From the IMG/VR virus record IMGVR_UViG_3300046003_007106, positions 1-56,227 of that record: a stretch of DNA of 56,227 nt, one strand, 5' to 3'. The stretch's first letter is position 1; every line of letters begins with the position of its first letter. A program made the translations under genes and the position numbers. The DNA comes from a virus. Its lineage: Duplodnaviria > Caudoviricetes. Of this stretch, positions 1 to 10,077 are shown in pieces. The notes beneath the pieces were generated by a model. The model worked only from the letters and a program-made list of their open reading frames with translations. It had not been told where the DNA came from and ran no database searches.

Positions 1-690
1 GGGATTGAAACAATATATGATGATCATATTGATGATGAAAGAATAAGTTTTTATTTGGGTAAAGAAAATAAATTATTCTTTTATTCGGTTATTAACGGTA
101 AACTAGAAAATTTAGACCAGGTACCAACCTGTACCATTAACGGTACGGGATATACTGTTAACCAAAAAACAAAAGGTGTTTATTATGTAACAGTTGGTGG
201 TGATGAATCAAATTTTGTTAGTTACACAGAGTATAACGATATTTGGAGCGGGATTGTTTATAATGGGAATGCTAGACCTAATGTTAAATTAAGATTCGTC
301 CCAATTGACGCTGATAGGTATTACAACTTTAATATGGATGCTTTGGATGACACCAGATATGGTTTATCTTTGAGCGGTATAAAGGTTGGTGAAAGTTTAC
401 AGCAAGGTGAACAGAGAAAGGTTAACATCCTTTTAAGAAAACCATATACTGTTTCTGAATACTATGTAAGTAATAGTGTTTATTATAAATTATACGTTAA
501 ACAAGGGCCAGCTATTATTGATATTTTTGATTGGCAGCTAGCGAATAAAGCGTTAAATAATAACTATTTTACGATTGACACGACTTGGTTGGTACCACAA
601 AGGTATTTTGTTGATATCAAAATAGAAACGAACGGTGAAACAACATTACATGGTAATGAATTACATTTTGATGTTGTAAATAAAGCGTAA
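1..690 (+). CDS. Hypothetical phage protein, 5'-truncated (possibly virion structural)
   Basis: Frame of ORF 55..690 is open back to base 1 (GIETIYDDHIDDERISFYLGK...); beta-rich; lies upstream of the head module. Confidence 0.6.
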   Translation, partial: GIETIYDDHIDDERISFYLGKENKLFFYSVINGKLENLDQVPTCTINGTGYTVNQKTKGVYYVTVGGDESNFVSYTEYNDIWSGIVYNGNARPNVKLRFVPIDADRYYNFNMDALDDTRYGLSLSGIKVGESLQQGEQRKVNILLRKPYTVSEYYVSNSVYYKLYVKQGPAIIDIFDWQLANKALNNNYFTIDTTWLVPQRYFVDIKIETNGETTLHGNELHFDVVNKA

Positions 691-693
691 TAT

Positions 694-1098
694 ATGTATT
701 TAATTTATATAAACCCACTTAATAAAAATTTTAAAGGTCAATACACCTATGAGTTTATCTTAACAAAACGTTTAGATAATGTTGAGTATGGTGATGATTG
801 GGATGTACAACCAGCGTCAAGTGGTTCACCAACACCACCAAACGTTAAACAAATTGAATCAATTGGTATATTAAAATCTGACGATATTGAATTAGATTTG
901 GCTATAAATTCAGACACATTCTCAATGTATGATTGTGTTGAAGGTATTATAGCCCTTGGGTGGGAATCAGAATCACCTGAAATCGATGATAGATTGGTTT
1001 TTAGATACGGTGAGACTATTGAGTCGGTAAAAGAAAAAATATACAGTAGAGATAAACTACTAACAATAATAAATAAAGAAGAAATAGATAAATTCTAA
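694..1098 (+). CDS. Hypothetical phage protein
   Basis: 134-aa ORF, stop overlaps next start (TAATG). Confidence 0.7.
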   Translation: MYLIYINPLNKNFKGQYTYEFILTKRLDNVEYGDDWDVQPASSGSPTPPNVKQIESIGILKSDDIELDLAINSDTFSMYDCVEGIIALGWESESPEIDDRLVFRYGETIESVKEKIYSRDKLLTIINKEEIDKF

Positions 1099-1913
1099 TG
1101 GAAAACACAGAAAAAAATTATGATGATGTGATTGCTAAAGCAATTACGGATCCAGAAGGTACAATGCAAAGTTTAGATAACGCGAAAAATACGTTACAAC
1201 AATTATCAGATAAAGTAAATCAAGTAAAAGCTACTGCTGGTGTACAGGATACAAACAGTGGTATGCAAACAGAAGATGATTCTGCTAGTCAGTGGTCTTT
1301 TGAAGATACCATTGATGAGCTAATGTCTAAAATTTCAGGTTATACGTATTACGATTTACCATGGTCTAAAAGAAATACACCAAAAAGTGATAGATATAAT
1401 ATTAATGATGAATCTGGTACAGTTAAAGCGAACGCATCTGAAGATGATGTTATTGAGTATGCTAATACTGTTTATAATGATATGGTTGACAATGAGTCTG
1501 AGGAGTTTAAAACTTTTGATGATGCTAAAAACGCTTTAGAAAATGGGGGTCGTTTTAAAATTGTTAATGTCGATGACACCAAACAAATAGGTTTATTCCC
1601 AACTGAAAAAAATAAAGAAATGCGAGAACCATCAAATACTGTTATTAGTAAAATGGATGATGCAACTTACCAAGCTTTTCTTGATGGGTTTAAAACCCCT
1701 TATATGCGCAGCCAAATTAACCAAATCATTGATTTATTAAAAGCTAATAAACAAAAAGAAGCTTACACACAATTAAGACGATCTTTAGATTCTTTAAAAG
1801 AAAACAAAGAAAATTTGGTTAATTCAGAAACATTTCGTATTATTGCAGAGTCAGAAAAACCAAAATTGACAAAATCGGATATTTTGGAATTTGTTAAACA
1901 ACGTAAAAAATAA
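1098..1913 (+). CDS. Hypothetical acidic protein, possibly head-associated
   Basis: 271-aa ORF; C-terminal IIAESEKPKLTKSDILEFVK resembles the RVTKSDLVRII motif near the window end. Confidence 0.65.
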   Translation: MENTEKNYDDVIAKAITDPEGTMQSLDNAKNTLQQLSDKVNQVKATAGVQDTNSGMQTEDDSASQWSFEDTIDELMSKISGYTYYDLPWSKRNTPKSDRYNINDESGTVKANASEDDVIEYANTVYNDMVDNESEEFKTFDDAKNALENGGRFKIVNVDDTKQIGLFPTEKNKEMREPSNTVISKMDDATYQAFLDGFKTPYMRSQINQIIDLLKANKQKEAYTQLRRSLDSLKENKENLVNSETFRIIAESEKPKLTKSDILEFVKQRKK

Positions 1914-1922
1914 ATTTGTAAC

Positions 1923-2054
1923 ATGAAAAGTAATCAAGAAAACCCAACACAGACACCTGTTGAAACACCAGTAAAGACACCAACACCAGTTAAGGATCCA
2001 TCAAAAATTGACATCCCTAGCCCAAAAACAAACCCTGGTAGACCAAAAGCTTAA
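1923..2054 (+). CDS. Small Pro/Thr/Lys-rich protein (43 aa), absent from ORF track
   Basis: Translated by hand: MKSNQENPTQTPVETPVKTPTPVKDPSKIDIPSPKTNPGRPKA*; in frame with the upstream ORF. Confidence 0.55.
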   Translation: MKSNQENPTQTPVETPVKTPTPVKDPSKIDIPSPKTNPGRPKA

Positions 2055-2060
2055 AAAAAA

Positions 2061-2092
2061 TTTGGTTATTTAAAAACTTTTACCTACATTTG
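2061..2092 (+). promoter_or_regulatory. Bacteroidota primary-sigma promoter (-33 TTTG, -7 TAnnTTTG)
   Basis: TTTG 2061-2064, 20-nt spacer, TACATTTG 2085-2092; overlaps hairpin TGCCTTGTT/AACAAGGCA before ATG 2124. Confidence 0.65.
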
Positions 2093-2123
2093 CCTTGTTA
2101 AATATAAACAAGGCATTTTTTTT

Positions 2124-3260
2124 ATGAGAAACTCAGGACTACAATTGGGGGATTACCCAAATTTTATCGCTAAAGCGACAGTTACCGCATTAACCAAAAG
2201 AACACACCCTTTGGCTAAAATGCCTTACTACGACCAATCCACACATCCAGAAAGCTGGAGAGAGGAAGTTATTGCGTCTGAAAGATATAAAGAGTTGGTT
2301 GACTCTTATTGTAACACATTTGGGATTGATAAATCACAACTAAACCCAATGGAAGTTATGTTGTCAGCTGGTAAAAATTTAATGGAAGCGACTAATAAAG
2401 AGAACGGTAATAGGTTAAAACTATGTAAACTTGCTGAAAAAATTATAAGAGAACAGTGGTTTATTGGTAAAGATGAGGTTATTTTTGATTTAGAAATATT
2501 AGAACCAGGTAAAATTAAATTACCTGAGGAAATAAATATGGAATCACCTTTAACTGAAGAAGAAAAAGAGGAACTTGAAAATGAAATGGAAGATGAAATC
2601 GTAAAAAGAAGAACGATTAATGCTCTAGCACAAGGTGCGTCATTAAGGGGTCATTATTTATTTCATTTATATCGTTCTGAAATTGAGGAGATTGTACCAG
2701 ATATTACTGATTGCTACCAAAAATCTTTAATCGCTAATGACTTATTTTATTATTTAATTAGCGATGGGATGTTTCAACAGCAGATTGAATCGGCTGATTC
2801 GAATAATGCAGGTTACGTTAAGCTTGACTTTAGTGGGGAAACACCTAAAATTATAGCAAAAGCAATTAATTTGCCGATATTAATTCACGAAATGATAAAA
2901 GGTATCATCTCTTTATTATCTGTGGTTGGTTTACCAGAAGAAAACACAGATAAAGTAATTGATTATACCGATACAATTATTTCTGAATTATGGGATATTC
3001 GTTTATTCCCTATTATATGGGCTAATTTTCACGCTTTAATTGATGAAGAAGATTATGACATTAAAAAATTAATCTTAATCGATCTCTTCAAAAGAGATGC
3101 TAAAGATTTTATTGATTTTATGTCGTTGTTAGAACATCGACCTGATTACGCTAAAAAAGAGATAAAAGATATTGTTAAAGAAAAAAGAATGGAAATTATG
3201 GAATATAATTTTATTAAAGATGACTTTGATAATATTGATTTAAGCGATTTAGGACTATAA
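2124..3260 (+). CDS. Hypothetical phage protein (378 aa)
   Basis: Long ORF directly upstream of terminase; no recognised domain. Confidence 0.75.
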   Translation: MRNSGLQLGDYPNFIAKATVTALTKRTHPLAKMPYYDQSTHPESWREEVIASERYKELVDSYCNTFGIDKSQLNPMEVMLSAGKNLMEATNKENGNRLKLCKLAEKIIREQWFIGKDEVIFDLEILEPGKIKLPEEINMESPLTEEEKEELENEMEDEIVKRRTINALAQGASLRGHYLFHLYRSEIEEIVPDITDCYQKSLIANDLFYYLISDGMFQQQIESADSNNAGYVKLDFSGETPKIIAKAINLPILIHEMIKGIISLLSVVGLPEENTDKVIDYTDTIISELWDIRLFPIIWANFHALIDEEDYDIKKLILIDLFKRDAKDFIDFMSLLEHRPDYAKKEIKDIVKEKRMEIMEYNFIKDDFDNIDLSDLGL

Positions 3261-3265
3261 TAAAC

Positions 3266-3273
3266 TATTTATA
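3266..3273 (+). promoter_or_regulatory. Putative phage late-promoter motif TATTTATA
   Basis: 15 nt before the terminase start; motif recurs before many genes on both strands. Confidence 0.5.
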
Positions 3274-3288
3274 TGTAAAGAATAACAC

Positions 3289-5097
3289 TTGGCTAAACAA
3301 ATTACTGATAAGAAAGAATTACTAATAGAGTATGCGAAGTGCTCTCAAGATTTTTGTTATGTTATAGAAAGTTATTTTGAAACTTTTGACAAAACCAGAG
3401 AAGGGTATGTACCTTTTGAACTTTTCGATGGTCAAAAAAAACTTGTTGATAATTACAAAAAACATAGATTTAATTTAGTTTTAAAATATCGCCAGGCTGG
3501 TATATCAACTGTTACAGCTGCGTATTCCGCTGTACTTACGGCGTTTGCTAGTCCAGATAGACCTGAGAAGGTTTTGATCCTTGCTAATAAACAGGAAACG
3601 GCAATTGAATTTCAAAACAAAATTATTAATTTTATCAAACAACTACCTGATTGGGTAAATGTTTCATTTGATAAATCATCACAAAAACACGTTAGATTAT
3701 CTAACGGTTCGGAAATTAAAGCCGTTGCGACATCACAGGATGCCTTGCGTGGTTACACACCAACTGTTTTATTAATTGATGAGGCCGCCTTCGTTGAAGG
3801 TGGTCAAGAATTATGGACAGCGTGTTTGGCTTCAATCGGTACTGGTGGTAAAGCTGTATTGATCTCAACCCCTAATGGGTTAGACCCAATTTATTACGCT
3901 TCGTATGAAGGTGCTATCAAAGGTGATAACAGTTTCTGTGTTACACACTTAAAATGGTGGCAAGATCCACGATTCAACAAAGATTTACGTTTAATTAAGA
4001 CTAAAGATATTGTTGATTGGATTCAAAAACCAGCATCTGAAAAAGATGAAGATATTATTGAATCGGTTATTGATTTACACCTAGATGTTATAAATAAATT
4101 TATCACTGAAGGGTATAAACCACAATCCACATGGTATGAAAATATGTGTAGGGATATGAACTTCAACAAACGTATGATAAATCAAGAATTAGAATGCGCC
4201 TTTATTGGTTCTGGTGATAACGTTATTGAAGGTGAGGTAATCAGAAAACAGGAACAAGAAAATGTTATTGACCCGATTGTTAAAGACAAGGCTTGGGATA
4301 GTAATCTATGGATATGGAAATTACCTGAAAAGGGTCATAGATATATCTTAGCACTTGACGTATCTCGTGGTGATTCTGAGGATGCCACAGGTATGTGTAT
4401 TATTGATTATGATACCTTTGAACAGGTATTAGAATATCATGGTAAAGTCCCACCAGATGTAGCCGCATTAATTGTGGATCAATACGGTAGGATGTACGAT
4501 GCGTTATCTACATTTGATATTACAGGTGGTATGGGTATCGCGTCAACACAAAAACTTAAAGAGTTAAATTATCCTAAAAAATTATTACATTACGATAAAG
4601 AAGGTGATAGTAATAGTATGTACTTTATACCAGATGATAATTCCATCCCAGGTATAAATTTTGCTTCAAAAAATAGAAGAGGTCAAATTGTGGCTGCTTT
4701 AGAAGAAGCGGTTGCTAGAGGTGGTTTTAAAATCAGAAGTGAAAGGTTGACAGCTGAGTTAAAAAAATTCGTTTATAAAAATGGTAAACCAGACCATATG
4801 AAAGGTTCACACGATGACCTTATCATGGCCCTTGGTATGTGTTTATTTGTTGCAAACACCTCATTTAAAAGATTACAAGAATCAGATAATATGACCAGAG
4901 CTATGCTAGATAGCTGGAAGATAACAACTAATAACGCAAAAACAGAAGCAGACTATTTATTAAAAGACATAACTAGCTCACCAAACCCAGATAAATCATA
5001 TTATAATTCTGATGAATTTGCATCAAGTAATAATATGATGAATACAAAGGAATTTGGTTGGTTATTTGGTGTAATGAAAACTAAACCTAATAATTAA
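3289..5097 (+). CDS. terL: Terminase large subunit (T4 gp17-like)
   Basis: Variant Walker A KYRQAGIST, Walker B LLIDEAAF, ISTPNG coupling motif, RNase H-like nuclease ALDVSRG...HDDLIMA; TTG start. Confidence 0.93.
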   Translation: MAKQITDKKELLIEYAKCSQDFCYVIESYFETFDKTREGYVPFELFDGQKKLVDNYKKHRFNLVLKYRQAGISTVTAAYSAVLTAFASPDRPEKVLILANKQETAIEFQNKIINFIKQLPDWVNVSFDKSSQKHVRLSNGSEIKAVATSQDALRGYTPTVLLIDEAAFVEGGQELWTACLASIGTGGKAVLISTPNGLDPIYYASYEGAIKGDNSFCVTHLKWWQDPRFNKDLRLIKTKDIVDWIQKPASEKDEDIIESVIDLHLDVINKFITEGYKPQSTWYENMCRDMNFNKRMINQELECAFIGSGDNVIEGEVIRKQEQENVIDPIVKDKAWDSNLWIWKLPEKGHRYILALDVSRGDSEDATGMCIIDYDTFEQVLEYHGKVPPDVAALIVDQYGRMYDALSTFDITGGMGIASTQKLKELNYPKKLLHYDKEGDSNSMYFIPDDNSIPGINFASKNRRGQIVAALEEAVARGGFKIRSERLTAELKKFVYKNGKPDHMKGSHDDLIMALGMCLFVANTSFKRLQESDNMTRAMLDSWKITTNNAKTEADYLLKDITSSPNPDKSYYNSDEFASSNNMMNTKEFGWLFGVMKTKPNN

Positions 5098-5111
5098 AAA
5101 TAACTAAAAAA

Positions 5112-5351
5112 ATGGGAAATATAATTAAACAAGCTAGAAGTAGCGGACCTGGATCAACATCAATCGTTAGAGAAACTAACCCAAAAAATTTGGATAAAAA
5201 TGATGCTAAGTCGTTACAAAGAAATGTTGATGCTATCAAATGTTCACCAGAGTCAGATGGTACAACAACATATGTGCAAAAAAAAGAATGGGACGAAGCT
5301 GGGGAAAAATACAAATACCCACCTTATGTTTTATGTGAATACGTAAATTAA
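5112..5351 (+). CDS. Hypothetical protein between terminase and portal
   Basis: 79-aa ORF filling the gap, co-oriented. Confidence 0.6.
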   Translation: MGNIIKQARSSGPGSTSIVRETNPKNLDKNDAKSLQRNVDAIKCSPESDGTTTYVQKKEWDEAGEKYKYPPYVLCEYVN

Positions 5352-5357
5352 AAATAT

Positions 5358-8300
5358 ATGGCAGACAATAGATTAACAATATTTCAAAGATTAAATAAAG
5401 CTCTCGGTAATGAAGTCGATGGACCTAAATATGTCATTGACCCAAGTTCATTCAACGGATTAAGTGGTGATGATTTGGAACAAAAAAAATTAGAGGCGCA
5501 ACAAACACTATATTTACAAAATCAGTGGAAAAAAATTGATAATGAACTTTATCAAAAAGCTGTTTATTATGAACCAACAAGAATTGCATCATATTACGAT
5601 TATGAGGCCATGGAATATTCAATTATTGGAGATACTAAAATAGCTACACCAGACGGTTTTATAACTATAAAAGAACTAGCTGATAAAGGTAGAGATTATG
5701 AGTTTATAACATACGCTTATGATCATAACCTTAAAAAGGTTGTACCAGCAATGGCAAGAAACGCACATTACACACGTGATGAAATGACATATAAGATAAC
5801 TTTTGATGATAATAGTTTTATTATTGCAACATATGGTCATAGATTTTTAAAACGTGACGGTGTTTTTGAGATGTTAGAAAATCTAAAACCAGGTGATTCA
5901 ATGATGCCGTTTTACCGTAAATCATTTTATAATAATGAAAAATATAATTGGGTTTATACTTGTAATAATGAAGAAGGTCATAATGGTTGGGTTGCCGAAC
6001 ATACTTTAGTTGCTGAATGGTTTTATAACCAAAAATTAAAAGAAAACGAAGAAGTTCATCATATAGATTTTAATGGTAAAAACAATAACCCAGAAAATTT
6101 AAAAATATGGGATATATCGGAACATAGAGCTTATCACGCAAGATTAAATAATGAAAAATTATGGTCTAACCCAGACTATAGAGCTAAAATGCTTGAAATA
6201 AGTAAACGTACCGATAACAAACATCACTGGAATGGTGAAAGATCTGGTGAAAATAACCCAGCGTATATTAAAATAGATTTTAACACAGTAATAAATGTTG
6301 CGAAAGAAAAAAGAACGATTGAATTAACGGCAAAACATTTAGGTGTTTCTTACAGAAAAATACAAAATGAATTAAGATTTAATGGTTTTAAAAATTGGGA
6401 TGATTTTTTAAGTGTTTATAAAATTAAAAAATATAGACCAATATCTGAAAACTTTGAGTCAATTAATTTTAAGTTAATACCTTGGGATTTATTAGTTGAT
6501 ACAGCGAAAGAAGAAAAATTAATGGTTAAAGTTTGTGTTAAATTAAATATCACATTAGGTAAATTAAGATCAACATTAAGACAAGGTGGTTATAATAATT
6601 GGAAAACTTTTACAGATGCATATGGTATTACTATGGGTAAAACTGGTAGAAAAAAACAAGATGTTATGGTTGTAAACCATAAAATTGTTAGTATTGAACC
6701 TTATGGTATAATGCCTGTTTATGATTTAACAGTACCTGGATATAAAAATTTCGCAACTGATACAATATTTTCACATAACACACCAGAAATTTCTGTTGCG
6801 TTGGATATCTTTGCTGAAGAAGCGACAACTGCAAATGAAAGCGGTAAGGTTTTAACAATTTATTCTGATAGCACCAGAATAAAAAAAGAGTTAACAGATT
6901 TATTTGAAAATGTATTAGATATTAACGCTAACCTCACAGCTTGGGCTAGAAACGTATGTAAATATGGTGATAATTTTGTTTACAATAAAATCGTACCTAA
7001 TCAGGGTATTATTGGTGTAACACAATTACCGAATATTGAGATGACAAGATCTGAACCAGGTTTTTCAAAAATTACAAGTTTAGGTGACCAACAAAAAGAA
7101 AAGAATATTAAATTTTTCTGGAAAGATAAAAATGTTGAATTTAACTCATTTGAAATTTCTCACTTTAGATTGCTTGGTGATGATAGAAGATTACCTTACG
7201 GTACATCGATGCTTGAAAAAGTGAGAAGAATTTGGAAACAATTATTGTTATCTGAGGATGCGATGTTAGTATATCGTGTAACCAGAGCACCAGAAAGACG
7301 TGTTTACAAAGTATTCGTTGGTAATATGGATGATAAAGACGTTGATGCTTATGTTGATAAAATCGCCAATAACTTTAAAAGGGTTAATATGGTTAATAAG
7401 GATAACGGTAATCAGGATACACGTTATAATGCATTAGCTGTCGATCAGGATTATTTTATCCCTGTTAGAGATCCAAGCCTTGCGATGCCAATTGAGACGC
7501 TTCCTGGGGCCCAAAACTTATCAGAAATAGCTGACATCGAGTATATCCAAAAGAAAATGCTTGCGGCGCTTAGAGTACCTAAAGCTTTTATTGGTTTTGA
7601 AGAAACAACTGGTGATGGTAAAAACTTAGCTATTCTTGATGTTCGTTTTGCGAGAGCTGTACATAGAATACAAAAAGCTCTTATTCAAGAGTTAAATAAA
7701 ATGGCTATTATCCATTTATACACCAAAGGTTTTACAGATGACTTAGAAAACTTTACGTTAACATTAACAAGCCCATCTACCCAAGCTGAGATGCTTAAAA
7801 TCCAAAACTTGAAAGAAAAAATTACGTTATATCGTGATGCTGTCTCTGACGCTGGTAACGGATTCTCTGCTATGTCAATGACACATGCTAAAAAAGAAAT
7901 CTTAAATATGAGTGATGATGAGATTAAACTTGATATCCAAAGACAAGCTGTTGAAAAAGCTGGTGGTGAGGAGATTAAAACTCTTGGTGAAACCATTAAA
8001 CAAACTGGTATATTCAGAGATATCTACAAAATATATAAAATTGACCCTAACAACATGACACTTGGTGGTACTGGTGCTGAAAGCGCTGGTGGTGGTATGG
8101 GTGACATCGGTAATATGGGTGGTGGTGCTGAAAGTGCTGGTGGAACTGATTTTACAACACCATTAGAAGTTCCAGGAGCTGAGGCTGGTGCTGAAATACC
8201 AGGCCCTGAAACAGCTGGTGCGGCCCCAGAAACAGCTGCTGAATTACCAGGTGCTGAAGAACCTTTAGCTGAGATAACCAAAAGAAAATTAGACGCTAAA

Positions 8301-8363
8301 AATAAGTTAATCAATGAAGCTCTTAAAAAAACAATTGATGAAATTGATAATTTATTAGTATAA
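5358..8363 (+). CDS. Portal protein (T4 gp20-like) with intein
   Basis: PEISVALDIFAEE, KYGDNF, EDAMLVYRVTRAPERRVYKV, DYFIP, IETLPGAQNL, ALRVPKAF motifs; acidic Gly/Ala-rich tail. Confidence 0.92.
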   Translation: MADNRLTIFQRLNKALGNEVDGPKYVIDPSSFNGLSGDDLEQKKLEAQQTLYLQNQWKKIDNELYQKAVYYEPTRIASYYDYEAMEYSIIGDTKIATPDGFITIKELADKGRDYEFITYAYDHNLKKVVPAMARNAHYTRDEMTYKITFDDNSFIIATYGHRFLKRDGVFEMLENLKPGDSMMPFYRKSFYNNEKYNWVYTCNNEEGHNGWVAEHTLVAEWFYNQKLKENEEVHHIDFNGKNNNPENLKIWDISEHRAYHARLNNEKLWSNPDYRAKMLEISKRTDNKHHWNGERSGENNPAYIKIDFNTVINVAKEKRTIELTAKHLGVSYRKIQNELRFNGFKNWDDFLSVYKIKKYRPISENFESINFKLIPWDLLVDTAKEEKLMVKVCVKLNITLGKLRSTLRQGGYNNWKTFTDAYGITMGKTGRKKQDVMVVNHKIVSIEPYGIMPVYDLTVPGYKNFATDTIFSHNTPEISVALDIFAEEATTANESGKVLTIYSDSTRIKKELTDLFENVLDINANLTAWARNVCKYGDNFVYNKIVPNQGIIGVTQLPNIEMTRSEPGFSKITSLGDQQKEKNIKFFWKDKNVEFNSFEISHFRLLGDDRRLPYGTSMLEKVRRIWKQLLLSEDAMLVYRVTRAPERRVYKVFVGNMDDKDVDAYVDKIANNFKRVNMVNKDNGNQDTRYNALAVDQDYFIPVRDPSLAMPIETLPGAQNLSEIADIEYIQKKMLAALRVPKAFIGFEETTGDGKNLAILDVRFARAVHRIQKALIQELNKMAIIHLYTKGFTDDLENFTLTLTSPSTQAEMLKIQNLKEKITLYRDAVSDAGNGFSAMSMTHAKKEILNMSDDEIKLDIQRQAVEKAGGEEIKTLGETIKQTGIFRDIYKIYKIDPNNMTLGGTGAESAGGGMGDIGNMGGGAESAGGTDFTTPLEVPGAEAGAEIPGPETAGAAPETAAELPGAEEPLAEITKRKLDAKNKLINEALKKTIDEIDNLLV
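5619..6779 (+). mobile_element. Intein (387 aa) with HNH homing endonuclease in the portal gene
   Basis: Block A SIIGDTKIAT, block B ATYGHRFL, blocks F/G VYDLTVPGYKNFATDTIFSHN followed by Thr(+1); internal EVHHIDFNGKNNNPENL HNH motif. Confidence 0.9.
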
Positions 8364-8402
8364 TAAAAAAATAACTGATATTTATATAAAAATATTAAAC
8401 AG

Positions 8403-9116
8403 ATGTTTGGACAATTAAAAGAAAGTATTCTTTCAAACTTAGAAAAAACTTACCAAGAAAAAGGTGAAAAGGATTTTAAAAAATCTTTTGCCAAGTATGT
8501 TAAGGTATTAAAAGAAAATAACGTATTAAGAGAATTTAATGAGGTTTACAACTTATTAAATACAATGCGATTCGAAAACGAAGATATTGCAAAAGAATTT
8601 GTTGAAGAATCGATTACGCATTTAAAATCATTTGATTTAACAAAAGTTGATGCGTTAAAGGGTTTAACCGAAAACGTTGTTATTGTTAACAATACAATTA
8701 ACGAAAGTATGGACCAACTGGTTTTTAACCAAAAATTATCATTGGTTGATAAGGTTAAATATAAAACAATTTTGGTTAAACATTTAACTAGAGTTGTTGA
8801 GAATATCGCTTCAATAAATGAATCAATTGATAAAATCAATGAAAGCCTAGCCGATAAAATCTCAAAATTAAATGAAGAACAAGTTAAAGTTTTGAATTTA
8901 TTTGCTGAAAATAACGAATCTACTATCAATGGTTATTATACCACATTAATTGAAAACACCCAAAATATGGTTGAAGAAACTATAAATAAAGCTGATGATA
9001 TTATTGTTGTTAAAAAATTATTAGAAGTTAGATCAAAGTTAAATGGGATGAAAAGTCAAAAACCGTCTTTAGAGGTTATTGATAATATTCTTGATTTAAA
9101 GAAAAGTTTCGAATAA
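8403..9116 (+). CDS. Hypothetical helical protein in head module
   Basis: 237 aa, many I/L-x-E sites; TATTTATA at 8379-8386. Confidence 0.7.
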   Translation: MFGQLKESILSNLEKTYQEKGEKDFKKSFAKYVKVLKENNVLREFNEVYNLLNTMRFENEDIAKEFVEESITHLKSFDLTKVDALKGLTENVVIVNNTINESMDQLVFNQKLSLVDKVKYKTILVKHLTRVVENIASINESIDKINESLADKISKLNEEQVKVLNLFAENNESTINGYYTTLIENTQNMVEETINKADDIIVVKKLLEVRSKLNGMKSQKPSLEVIDNILDLKKSFE

Positions 9117-9135
9117 ACACACTTTTATAAAAAGT

Positions 9136-9166
9136 AAAACCAGGGTAGCGAATCCTGGTTTTTTTT
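9136..9166. terminator. Bidirectional intrinsic terminator
   Basis: AAAACCAGG/CCTGGTTTT hairpin with T-tract between convergent genes. Confidence 0.7.
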
Positions 9167-9213
9167 GTTCCATAACTGGAACGGTCCTAAAATACCGCTT
9201 ATAGCGGAGTATC

Positions 9214-9522
9214 TTATTTGGTTTCCTCAACTGCAGTATCCTCAACTGCTGAAACTTCAGCATTTGATTTCGCTATTGATACTTTGTGACCAGTATAGTT
9301 TTTATAACCAATTAAAGCAGCGCCAATCATAGTAAAAGCTACAGCTTGATTAATTACGTCCATACTTTTGTCAACGAACATTTTATCAACCACCCCTAAC
9401 AGGAATGATAAACAGCCAATCATAACAATGATAAAGCCTGATGTTGATGTTACAGATGTTTTTCCGTCTGGGTTCGATGTCATTTCACCGAAAGACCATT
9501 TTTTGATGTCTCCTATTTTCAT
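9214..9522 (-). CDS. Small two-TM membrane protein (holin-like candidate)
   Basis: Hydrophobic segments GFIIVMIGCLSFLLGVV and AVAFTMIGAALIGY; TATTTATA on minus strand at 9539-9546. Confidence 0.6.
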   Translation of the reverse strand: MKIGDIKKWSFGEMTSNPDGKTSVTSTSGFIIVMIGCLSFLLGVVDKMFVDKSMDVINQAVAFTMIGAALIGYKNYTGHKVSIAKSNAEVSAVEDTAVEETK

Positions 9523-9627
9523 AATATATGTGTTTAGTTATAAATATATAAAATTTGTTTTAATGAAGTTTTTTTATTACTATTATAGTAATAAATAATA
9601 AAATATATTAAAACATGAAGAAACAAA

Positions 9628-10077
9628 ATGCAAAGCAAATTTGGGAAAGAAAAGAAACTCTTTACAGACAAGAGATTTCGAGTTAAATACGGTACAATTG
9701 ATGCTGTTAAATTAAACGCTATTTATTTAAACATTGAATCATGGGTGCAACCCAAAGAAATAGATAACTACGATTCATACGTTAGATTAATGCGAAAACA
9801 AATTATTCTTAAAATAAAAGATAGTATCGATATAACAACGTTTAATGAAAATTTTATTGTGGATCTGGATTTAAGAGCTTCAGGTATGTCATCAGATAAA
9901 AAAAGTTTTATGTTCATCGAATTAACAATATACCCTAAAGAAAAATTAAAATTTAATTCAACTTTAATGTTTAAAAAAATGCAAGAATTGTCTAATCTTA
10001 TAGTGGAATCTTTAGAACAAAATAAATTAAACTACTTTTCAAAAAAATCAAATGATAGAACTAGACGAGATATATGA
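9628..10077 (+). CDS. Hypothetical protein
   Basis: 149-aa ORF overlapping the next gene. Confidence 0.65.
   Translation: MQSKFGKEKKLFTDKRFRVKYGTIDAVKLNAIYLNIESWVQPKEIDNYDSYVRLMRKQIILKIKDSIDITTFNENFIVDLDLRASGMSSDKKSFMFIELTIYPKEKLKFNSTLMFKKMQELSNLIVESLEQNKLNYFSKKSNDRTRRDI

Noticed and set aside
3484-3513. Terminase Walker A lacking the canonical GKT (RQAGIST) as a sign of inactivation
   Set aside because: All other ATPase and nuclease motifs are intact; more likely a lineage variant
7685-8929. Antisense ORFs 7685..7996, 8024..8314, 8546..8929 and similar shadows elsewhere (e.g. 23013..23522, 39488..39949, 50204..50554)
   Set aside because: They lie opposite well-supported genes, often over low-complexity coding, and show no motifs
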